The notes under the pieces are model-generated. The model worked only from the letters and a program-made list of their open reading frames with translations, had not been told where the DNA came from and did not search any database. This document shows positions 12,777-24,500 of a stretch of DNA of 64,000 nt, piece after piece. The position numbers were made by a program, and so were the translations under genes. The stretch is from NCBI GenBank assembly GCA_002269645.1, contig NIVC01003044.1, positions 59,481-123,480 on the forward strand. Direction: 5' to 3'. The DNA is from Macrostomum lignano (taxonomy: Eukaryota). How positions within the stretch are numbered: the stretch's first letter is position 1; every line of letters starts with the position of its first letter.

Positions 12777-15700
12777 ATGTCAGCTGATCTGCTGCAGTTG
12801 GAGAATTTCATAGCCGGTCAGTTCACTGCCCCGCTGGGCGGTCGCTATTTGGACAGCGTCGACCCGTCGACTGGTTCGGCCTGGGCTCGACTCCCAGACA
12901 GCGGGGCTGACGATGTTGACGCAGCGGTGAACTCGGCGCTTAATGCTTTCCCTAGGTAGGCTTATAGTCGGTTACAATCGCTATACCGATATGTTGTGTA
13001 GTAAACTACACTTTTTGTGAAATCGAGGAAAAAATTGCTATGAAATTAATTCACTCATTCAATGATTTACTTTGCACGAAGTTATAGACATTGCCCTTTA
13101 AAGGGCCGTTTTGATCTGATCTAAAACCACGTTGCTTAAATATATATATATTACTCTACACGCGTTGGGTTACAACCAAAATAGGCTAAAATTGGTTTCC
13201 CTAGCAACTAAGTCGGCTTTCCTAGCAACCAAATCGGCTTCCATAGTAAACTATTCGGCTTCCATAGTAACTAATTCGGCTTCCCTAATAACCAAATTCA
13301 GCGCCCATAGAAACCCAATAGGCCTCCATAGTAACCAATTCGGCTTCCATAGCAACCAAATCAGCGCCCATAGCAATCAATTTGGCTTCCATATCAACCA
13401 AATCAGCTCTCATAGCAACCAATTTGGCTTCCATAGCAACCAAATCAGCGCCCAAAGCAACCAATTCAGCTTCCATAGTAACCAACTCAGCCCCCGAAGC
13501 AACCCATTCGGCTTCCATAGCAACCAAATCAGCGCCCATAGCAACCAATTTGGCTTCCATAGCAACCAAATCAGCGCCCAAAGCAACCAATTCGATCAGC
13601 TTCCATAGTAACCAACTCAGCCCCCAAAGCAACCAATTTGGCCTCCATAGCAACCAAATCAGCGCCCAAAGCAACCAAATCAGCGCCCAAAGCAACCAAT
13701 TCGGCTTCCATAGCAACCAAATCAGCGCCCATAGCATCCTAAAAGCTTTTCCTTACTTCAACTGCCCCAGCTGGTCAGCCAAATCCGCAGTGGCCAGATC
13801 TCAAATACTCGATGCGATCGCCAATCAGATCGAGCAGCACCTGGACGAGCTTGCCGAGCTCGAATCGCGCGACCAAGGCAAGCCGGTGTGGCTCGCCAGA
13901 GCTGTGGACATTCCCAGGGCGGTGCACAATTTTAGATTCTTTGCCAGCGCAAATCTGCATCACTTAGAGACGTGAGTTGTCAAATTATTCGAAATGCTCT
14001 GCAGACTCAAGAGCCACCTGATGCTGATGTGCGAGAACGAAGCACTTTTAAATAGTTGGCCAGCGGCAGACGCACCTGACTATCGCGCGCCACGACCCCT
14101 GGTGTCGATTCTGTGCGGGCCCAAATTCATTTGAGACTTGGTGCAGGAAAACTGGCCCAGGGGAGAGGGGGGTTGCCAGGCAATTCACAGCCCTGAGAGC
14201 CAACGCCGAAGGCACAGAGAGAGTGCATGGGAAAAATCTTGAAATTGCAAATCTTTTTCGTCTTTATCGTCTGCAGTAGCTATATATTATTTTGTGTTGG
14301 AACAGTTTCATTTTGGGTGGATAGGGCGTGGCGAATTCACGACTGAAAGGTTGGAGGTTCGATTCTCGACCTACTCGGAATAATTTATGTCCTTGAGCAA
14401 GACGCCTAACTCTGCATTGCTTCAGTTCAGCCAGCTGTAAAATTCTGTAATTCTGTAATTTCTGCAGTGCCACTTACCAGGCTGAATTCTCGGCGCAGAA
14501 CTGGACAATTCGAACTCCCGTAGGAGTCTGCGGCCTCATCTCGCCCTGGAATCTGCCGCTCTATCTGCTCACGTTTAAATTGGCGCCGTGTCTGGCTGCT
14601 GGTAGGCAGTTAAAGTGATGCTTCTTTTTGTTTAACTAAGTGTCACTTTTTATAACCCTATGAATATACTCGTAGTTTTATAATGGTTAATAAACTACAT
14701 TTACTTTTGGATGCGTTTGTCATAGGTGCCAGAATAGATTATCACTGGCGCCAGAGTAGATTGTCAGTGGCGCTAGAGATTATCAGTAACGCCAGAGTAA
14801 ATTATCAGTGGCGCCAGAGTAGATGATCAGTGGCGCTAGAGATTATCAGTAACGCCAGAGTAAATTATCAGTGGCGCCAGAGTAAATTATCAGTGGCGTC
14901 AGAGTAAATTATCAGTGGCGCTAGAGTAGATTATCAGTGGCGCCAGAGTAAATTATCAGTGGCGCCAGAGTAAATTATCAGTGGCGCCAGAGTAGATTAT
15001 CAGTAGCGCCAGAGTAGATTATCAGTTGCTCTAGAGTAGATTATCAGTGGCGCCATAGTAAATTATCAGTGGCGCCAGAGTAAATTATCAGTGGCGCCAG
15101 AGTAGATTATCGGTAGCGCCAAAGTAGATTATCAGTTGCTCTAGAGTAGATTATCAGTGGCGCCAGAGTAAATTATCAGTGGCGCCAGAGTAGATTATCA
15201 GTGCCGCCAGAATATATTACCTATTATGCCGATATAGACATCAAAAGCGTCAATATTGTGCTTGATCGCATTCCTTATCAAAAGAGTAAAATATTTAGCA
15301 ATGGGCAAATAATACTACTTCAATTGCTAGTAGGGGTGATGCATAATAGCGCATCTTAATTATGTTATTATTTATTTATTAGGCAACACTGCCGTGTGCA
15401 AGCCAAGCGAATTGACCTCAGTAACCGCTTGGCGACTCTGCCAGTTGATGACGGACGCTGGCTTACCAGCCGGAGTTGTCAACATGGTGTTTGGCAGAGG
15501 CGCCACGGCTGGCGAGGCTCTGGTGCTGCACCCCAATGTGCCGGCTGTGTCCTTTACTGGCAGCACCCTGATTGGCTCGAGAATTCAAGCCCTAACAGCG
15601 CCTATGGTTAAGAAATTGTCGCTTGAGGTGCGTTTGTGCATCGCATTAATTTTCGGACTGAGTCTTGTCAAGCCCCGAGGCACAGATATTGTAAAGAAGC

Positions 15701-18700
15701 GACAAAATTGTGACTGTAGCTGTGAGCTCTATGAAGGCTCCATCCTTGATCCCTTCAAAGTAATCAATCACCCTTGATTACTATCTTGGAGATGGGATTC
15801 TATGGGAGATGGGATTCTATGGGGGATGGGATTCTATGGGAGATGGGACTCTATGGGAGATGGGACTCTATGGGGGATGGGATTCTATGGAAGATGGAAT
15901 TCTATGAGAAATGGGATTCTATGGGAGATGGGACTCTATGGGAGATGGGATTCTATGAGAGATGGGATTCTATGGGAGATGGGATTCTATGAGAGATGGG
16001 ATTCTATGGGGATGGGATTCTATAGGGATGGGATTCTATGAGAAATGGGATTCTATGGGAGATGGGACTCTATGGGAGATGGGATTCTATGGAAGATGGA
16101 ATTCTATGGGAAATGGGATTCTATGGGAGATGGGATTCTATGGGAGATGGGATTCTATGGGAGATGGTATTCTATGGGAGATGGGACTCTATGGGAGATG
16201 GGATTCTATGGGAGATGGGACTCTGTGTGGGAGATAGGATTCTTTGAGGAGGGATTCTATGGGGATGGGATTCTATGGGAGATGGGATTCTGTGGGAGAT
16301 GGGATTCTATGGGGATGGGATTCTATGGGAGATGGGATTCTGTGTGGGAGATAGGATTCTATGAGGAGGGATTCTATGGGGATGGGATTCTATGGGGGAT
16401 GGGATTCTATGGGGATGGGATTCTATGGGAGATGGGATTCTATGGGAGATGGGATTCTATGGGAGATGGGATTCTATGGGAGATGGGATTCTATGGGGGA
16501 TGGGACTCTATAGGAGATGGGACTCTATGGGAGATGGGATTCTGTGGGAGATGGGATTCTATGGGGATGGGATTCTATGGGAGATGGGATTCTGTGTGGG
16601 AGATAGGATTCTATGAGGAGGGATTCTATGGGGATGGGATTCTATGGGGGATGGGATTCTATGAGAGATGGGATTCTATGGGGATGGGATTCTATGGGAG
16701 ATGGGATTCTATGGGAGATGGGATTCTATGGGAGATGGGATTCTATGGGAGATGGGATTCTATGGGGGATGGGACTCTATAGGAGATGGGACTCTATGGG
16801 AGATGGGATTCTCGTCGGGTGATTCACACCCATGAGAGGCACAGAGAGTCGAGGTGCGACGCAAAAAGTAATATGACTGTGGCTGTAGCTGTGAGCTCCT
16901 TATTAAGACTCAGTCCTTGGTCCCTTCAAATTAATTGAATCACCCTTGTGATAAATGCGATGCTGGCTTCACCTCTGCTACGCCTTTGAAACACTGAATA
17001 AACCTGTTTTCTTTGGTGATCCTTGAGCGGGCTGGTCACTGACGCTTGAGTATCATCATCCACCGAGGTACGAGTAAAATGGGCCCCTTGAGCTCATTAT
17101 AGAATCATATAGAATCCCAAAACGTGAAGTCTGCGTTGCATTTACCGACTACTTTGAAGGGATCAAGGAGTGACTCTTTCATAAGGAGCTCACAAGCCAC
17201 AGTCACAATGTTTTTGTCCCACCTCGCGCCAAGGACAACCTAAGTAGAAGGACGCAACACTCGAAATCGATGGTAAATGTTTTGAAGGCAACTTAGCGCC
17301 GAAAAGTACACTACAGAGAGGAGAGGAGGTTTTAATTTTTTCAGCACAAAAATTGTTATTGCTTTTGATATAGAAGGCAGATCCAGTGTTCATCTTTTGA
17401 TATGCTGTGCCTTTCTTATTGCTCTATCGATATTCATAAAGCTTTTCGTTCAGAAATAGTTTTAAAGGCAGGTTTCACTGGAAAAATACACTACGGAGAT
17501 AGGAAATTTCACGATTTTCAACACTAAAACAGTGATTGGGTCTCTTAACAGTGTCAGAGAAAGTCCTAATCACACTATTTTGTGCCTCACATGCTGCTCT
17601 AACGATGCATTAATCGATTTTTCATGTTAAATTGGTCTGTCACTTGAAAAAAACGTTTGAAAGTTGCCTTCAAAACATTTACCAAAGATTTCGAGTGTTG
17701 CGTCCTATATATGTTACTTTGAGTAGTCCCTGCCTCGCGCATGCCTGCTGATAACTTATTTGTGTGCGGCTTTTACATACAAACAAATCGCTAATCCGTT
17801 GATTTTTACACAGCTCGGCGGAAAAAATGCCGCACTGGTGTTCTCAGATTGCGATCTTCCAGCCGCTGTTGAGACCTGCGTTAGGTGAGCATTAATATCC
17901 TTTTATCCGGAAGCAAATTTGAGCATATTTACTTTGATTATTAACTAATCATCTCTGCCAAGTACAAGCTGACCATTAAAATAAGTTTCTCAAATTCTAG
18001 ATCGAGTTTCACAAACCAAGGCGAGATCTGCCTATGCACTAGTCGAATCTTTGTCGAACGATCCGTTTACAACGAGTTTTTGCGTCAATTTCTAGAAGAG
18101 ACAGCGTAAGTTAATCTGGAATATTAATTGTTTGTAATTGCATTGTCAAACTAAGAATCTTATTTTTTAACTACACTACTCTCAGTAGGTAATCCAATTT
18201 TTGTTTATATAGTTTCGAGAGGAACAAAAAGCGCTTTAAATTTTCAAATCACACTACTTGCATCAGGTTACACGCTAATTTTGTTTCGAAATTTTTAATG
18301 ACAAATTTCCTTTCAATGTCTTTATAACACTACTTACAGTAGACAAGGCGCATATGTTTCTTAAAATTCCCATTCAACGCAGCAAATGGAAGGTTTGCGA
18401 TCGCCGCGATCCAGCCACAAAGTTGGGCGCCGTTGTGAGCGCCGAGCACCGTCAGAAAATCCTCAGCTACATCGAATCCGCCCCAGCTAGCGGCGGCCGA
18501 ATTCTGTGCGGCCAGACTTTGACAGACGCAGCGAAGCTGCCGCCTGAACTTGCCAGCGGGTTTTTTGTGCTGCCCACCGTCATCGTAGGCGCCGAAACTG
18601 ACAGTGACGGCGGACTTAGCGACGAGGCGCCGTGCATGAGGGACGAGATTTTCGGTCCGGTCACCTGCATTGTGCCATTCGATGATGAGGCTGAGGTGCG

Positions 18701-20518
18701 ACTCGTGCGACTAATTGGCTTTTGTATCTGGGGATGGGATTCTATGGGAGATGGGATTCTATGGGAGATTGGATTCTATGGGAGATGGGATTCTATGGGG
18801 ATGGAATTCTATGGGAGATGGGATTCTATGGGAGATGGGATTCTATGTGAGATGGGATTCCATGTGAGATGGGATTCTATGGGGATGGAATTCTATGGGA
18901 GATGGGATTCTATGGGAGATGGGATTCTATGGGGATGGAATTCTATGGGAGATGGGATTCTATGGGGATGGAATTCTATGGGAGATGGGATTCTATAGGG
19001 ATGGGATTCTATGGGAGATGGGATTCTATGGGAGATGTGACTCTATGGGAGACGGGATTCTATGGGAGATGGGATTCTATGGGAGATGGGATTCTATGGG
19101 AGATGGGATTCTATGGGAGATGCGATTCTATGGGGATGGAATTCTATGGGAGATGGGATTCTATGGGAGATGGGATTCTGTGGGAGATGGGATTCTATAG
19201 GGATGGAATTTTATGGGAGATGCGATTCTATGGGGATGGAATTCTATGGGAGATGGGATTCTATGGGAGATGGGATTCTATGGGAGATGGGATTCTATGG
19301 GGATGCGATTCTATGGGGGATGGGATTCTATGGCAGATGGGATTCTATGGGAGATGGGATTCTATGAGAGATAGGATTCTATGGGAGATGGGATTCTATG
19401 AGAGATGGGATTCTATGGGAGACGGGATTCTATGTGAGATGGGATTCTGTGTGTGAGATGGGATTCTGTGTGTGAGATAAGATTCTGTGTGAGAGATGGG
19501 ATTCTGTGTGAGAGATAATATTCTGTGTGTGAGATGGGATTCTGTGTGTGAGATGGGATTCTGTGTGAGAGATAAGATTCTGTGTGAGAGATGGGATTCT
19601 ATGTGAGAGATAATATTCTGTGTGAGAGATGGGATTCTGTGTGAGAGATGGGATTCTGTGTGTGAGATGGGATTCTGTGTGAGAGATAAGATTCTGTGTG
19701 AGAGATGGGATTCTATGTGAGAGATAATATTCTGTGTGAGAGATGGGATTCTGTGTGAGAGATGGGATTCTGTGTGTGAGATGGGATTCTGTGTGTGAGA
19801 TGGGATTCTGTGTGAGAGATAAGATTCTGTGTGAGAGATGGGATTCCATGTGAGAGATAATATTCTGTGTGAGAGATGGGATTCTGTGTGAGAGATGGGA
19901 TTCTGTGTGTGAGATGGGATTCTGTGTGAGAGATAAGATTCTGTGTGAGAGATGGGATTCTATGTTAGAGATAATATTCTGTGTGAGAGATGGGATTCTG
20001 TGTGAGAGATGGGATTCTGTGTGTGAGATGGGATTCTGTGTGTGAGATGGGATTCTGTGTGAGAGATAAGATTCTGTGTGAGAGATGGGATTCTGTGTGA
20101 GAGATGGGATTCTATGTGAGAGATAAGATTCTGTGTGAGAGATGGGATTCTGTGTGAGAGATGGGATTCTATGTGAGAGATAAGATTCTGTGTGAGAGAT
20201 GGGATTCTACATGGGAGATGGGATTCTACATGGGAGATGGGATTCTACATGGGAGATGGGATTCTACATGGGAGATGGGATTCTACATGGGAGATGGGAT
20301 TCTACATGGGAGATGGGATTCTACATTTGGGAGATGGGATTCTATCAGAGGTGGGATTCTATGCACTTCAGTATAGCTGATGTTTGCTTGCTATAATCTA
20401 AGAATATTTAACTACTAACTGCACACTCTGGGCTTTTGCGATATAAAGCATTAAAATATATAATTATCATAAATTAATAAATTATCAGTTGCTAGCACAT
20501 GGCAGCAAATAAATTCAA

Positions 20519-20583
<65 letters not shown>

Positions 20584-21319
20584 AGGATGACTTTTAGGCA
20601 CGCCTGCGAATCTAACGGATATGCCGAGGGAAATTTGTTTTAAAAGAGAGACAACAGACCTTCCAACTGGAACTGCATACATGTGGCTGCCAACTGAGCG
20701 CACAGGAATGCAGCGGCAAATATATTTGTTTGCTCATTGGTGCAGTGCTTTTGTTCACGCTCTGTTAGCACAGGGAGGGCAGCATTTCCCGATTTGGCAG
20801 TGGCTTGATTGACATCTGCAATTACCGTGTAGTTGATTTGTTTGGCATTCTTTTAATATTGACTTACACTGCATGACGAAACTTGTCTGCACTGGGGATA
20901 TACAGTTTCTGTTTATCTGCTGGGCGTGAATATGTCAGTGTGTTTGCCTTTGATTTATCTTGATTGCACTGCGAGGCCGGAGCTTGCATCTATCTGTCTA
21001 TCTTTCCATCTGTCTATCTTTCTATCTGTCTATCTGTCTATCTTTCCATCTGTCTATCCTTCTATCTGTCTATCTTTCTATCTGTCTATCTGTCTATCTT
21101 TCCATCTGTCTATCTGTCTATCTTTCTATCTGCCTATCTTTCTATCTGTCTATCTTTCTATCTATCTATCTATCTATCTTTCTATCTGTCTATCTTTCTA
21201 TCTGTCTATCTTTCTATCTATCTATCTGTCTATCTTTCTATCTGTCTATCTTTCTATCTGTCTATCTTTCTATCTGTCTGTCTATCTATCTATCCATCTA
21301 TCTATCTATCTATCTATCC

Positions 21320-21353
<34 letters not shown>

Positions 21354-21375
21354 TTATCTATCCATCTATCTATCC

Positions 21376-21410
<35 letters not shown>

Positions 21411-21411
21411 C

Positions 21412-21446
<35 letters not shown>

Positions 21447-21471
21447 CATCTATCTATCTGTCTATATATCC

Positions 21472-21561
<90 letters not shown>

Positions 21562-24500
21562 TTATCTATTGCCTTGGTATCTATTCGTCTATTCAAACAA
21601 TGGTCACATAAAAAAAAATCAAAGTTTACACATTTTCTCAGTATGCGCTTTAAAAGTTCACTAATTTAGATCTCTGTGGAAAGGGGCTGATGCTAGATAT
21701 AGCAGCCTTTAAAAAATCATTCCTCGAATTTTATTCTCCGATTTCTAACTTCGTCCCTTCTCAGAGTCAGAAACGATATTCGCTTTTCTAATTTAGATGT
21801 TTTCTTCAGATTAGATTTCTGTTTTTTTGCAAATTGCATTCCATGTTGTGGATTTCTCCGGCTTATCCCTCCGCTAGGATATTTAACCCAGTGGGAAATT
21901 CTGGTACGCCCAAGGGTGCGCAGACCGCGGCGCCCGGTGGCCTGTGGCCGGTAGCGGGGCGCACTCTTTGTCCAGTCGGGGCGCCGGCCTTATACCCGGC
22001 GCCCGGTGGACTGCCCAATAAATTAAGGCAAGAATTGGTTTACTCTACTAACAGTAGTATGCAGGGCTTTTACTGATATATTTTGCTCTGGCAGCAGCCT
22101 AGCTTTCTGGTTGTTTCAAAATTGAATTTATTTCCAAATAATTTTCAGAGCTATCTGATTTTTTAAGCAATTGTCTCTTCCATTATAAATTTAAACAACC
22201 TTGCTGCTACCTGCTTACGAAGTTTGCCTTTTGTAAATTTTTTTGCAGTTCTTTAGAAAATTAGTTTGAGTCTATGAATGAAATCGAATAAGAAACTTAA
22301 ATGTAATGAAATTTGAATTTATTTAGCGAAGTTAAATGGAACTGATATTAAAACACAATATTAGAACGAAAAATAGTTAAGTTTTTGGCAACAAAGGTGT
22401 TGAAAGAATGTCAGTTTTAAAATCATTTTGACAGCATTTACTCGTAAAATACGTGCTCTCATAATTAGAAGATTTTAAATTGTCCATCATCCAGCTCTCG
22501 CTGATCTTTGGACCAGTTTGATCCACTTGATTCGGTTTCGTCATCAGATTCGAGAGAGCAGTCAGTGCGGTAGTTGGTTTTTGACTTTGCTGAACGGGGG
22601 CGATGGTTGTTCCGCTTTCGAGGCTGAGAATCCAACTGAATACTCGCTCGCTTTCTGGATTGGGAGCTCGGCTTTGCTGTCGCCGCTGGCGGCACTTCTC
22701 CCGCTGATAGTCGCGATGGTGTCTGTGACATTGGAAAGAAAACAAAAAATTACTGCATGCACATTTTATCTTACTGATAGTAGTATTTAATGCTTAGCAA
22801 TCATAGTATTCATCGTTCATTATTCAGTTTAGATACGTTTTTACTCACTAGGGAAAAAGAAGATGAATGGCTGTGTCTTTGCACGGCGCTGCCAGAAGCG
22901 GGACTTTGAGTCGCTGCCACCAAAGACCGTCTTTGCACGGCGCTGCCAGAAGCGGGACTTTGAGTCGCTGCCACCAGAGATCGTCTTTGCACAGCGCTGC
23001 CAGAAGCGGGACTTTGAGTCGCTGCCACCAAAGACCGTCTTTGCACGGCGCTGCCAGAAGCGGGGCTTGGAGTCGCTGCCACCAGAGACTGTCTTTTTAC
23101 GGCGCTGCCAGAAGCGGGGCTTGGAGTCGCTGCCACCAGAGACTGTCTTTGTACGGCGCTGCCAGAAGCGGGGCTTGGAGTCGCTGCCACCAGAGACTGT
23201 CTTTGTACGGCGCTGCCAGAAGCGGGGCTTGGAGTCGCTGCCACCAGAGACTGTCTTTGTACGGCGCTGCCAGAAGCGGGGCTTGGAGTCGCTGCCACCA
23301 GAGACTGTCTTTGTACGGCGCTGCCAGAAGCGGGACTTTGAGTCGCTGCCACCAGAGACTGTCTTTGTACGGCGCTGCCAGAAGCGGGGCTTGGAGTCGC
23401 TGCCACCAGAGACTGTCTTTGTACGGCGCTGTCAGAAGCGGGGCTTTGAGTCTGGACTCCGGAAAGCAGCTGGCTTCCTGTGCGATGCGACCGCCCCTTT
23501 AATCGGTCACCGCCATGCTTTAGCTGCTGTCTGCAAGTATTTCTTACAGATTGTTCAGAGGGCCTGCCGGCTTCAGCGGTCGCGCCATAGATGAATGTGA
23601 TTGCTTCTGTTAGGAAAAAAGTTGAAAGTTACTATGAATAGCATGCACTGTGCTCGACTAATTTCTTGATATTTAGCTCTAAAAGTCTCATTGAACGTTG
23701 ATTAAGTAGACTTACTTTGGAAATGGCTGAGCAGAGTGCTCTGAAATCCAAGCTGCGCATCAGTAAGGTTGGTCGCAACTCCAGCAGCAACAGCTCGGCT
23801 TCGCATGTCTGACCCGATTAAATTAATAACCGCCTGCATCTCTTTCGACAAGCTCTCGTTAAGCATTGCCATTAAAGCATCGGACCACTTGTCTCGCTTG
23901 CATGAACGTAGCAGGCTCTTCTGTTTAGATTTTTACAGGTGAGAATACTTATAGATTATTATTTCAGTGATAGTACTAGTGCGCTTTGAGTAGTAGTTAG
24001 AGCATTTCTTCTAATGAAAAGAAAATAAAAAACTCTGTCATGAACTTACCAAAGTAGAAATATGTTCATTTGGACTGGAAGCGAATTGCACATATTTTTC
24101 CCAGGAGTTGATCGGCCAGAATGAAGGCTCAGAATTATCAGTTGGAATGTCAGCGCCAACAGGTTCCAAAAAGCGTAGCACGCTCTGCACTTCAGTGCGC
24201 ATTGCGGTGATTTGTTTGGTCAAACTATTTTCTAATGCTTTCAATTCATTCTTGCGCATAGTAAGTTCGCGTAGGGCATATAAGGACAGAAACTTGATGC
24301 CTCTTGGACTTTCCAGCTCAAAGCTAACACCGGCTTGGATCTGCTCTTCTAGTTTTCTAAGAAAGCCAGAACCAAAATTAAAAGATGAAATGGTGGGAGG
24401 CGACTTAGGAATCGTCGATCGATCATCTGCTACGAACTCAGCTTCTATTTCAGCTTCCGCCTCAGCTTCCACCTCAGCTCCCATCTCAGCTTCCACCTCA

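Noticed and set aside
15774-20396. [17 protein letters not shown] ORFs in all three frames
   Set aside because: A stop-free 17-bp satellite inside ALDH8A1 introns
20926-21669. SIYL-repeat ORFs
   Set aside because: (TCTA)n microsatellite
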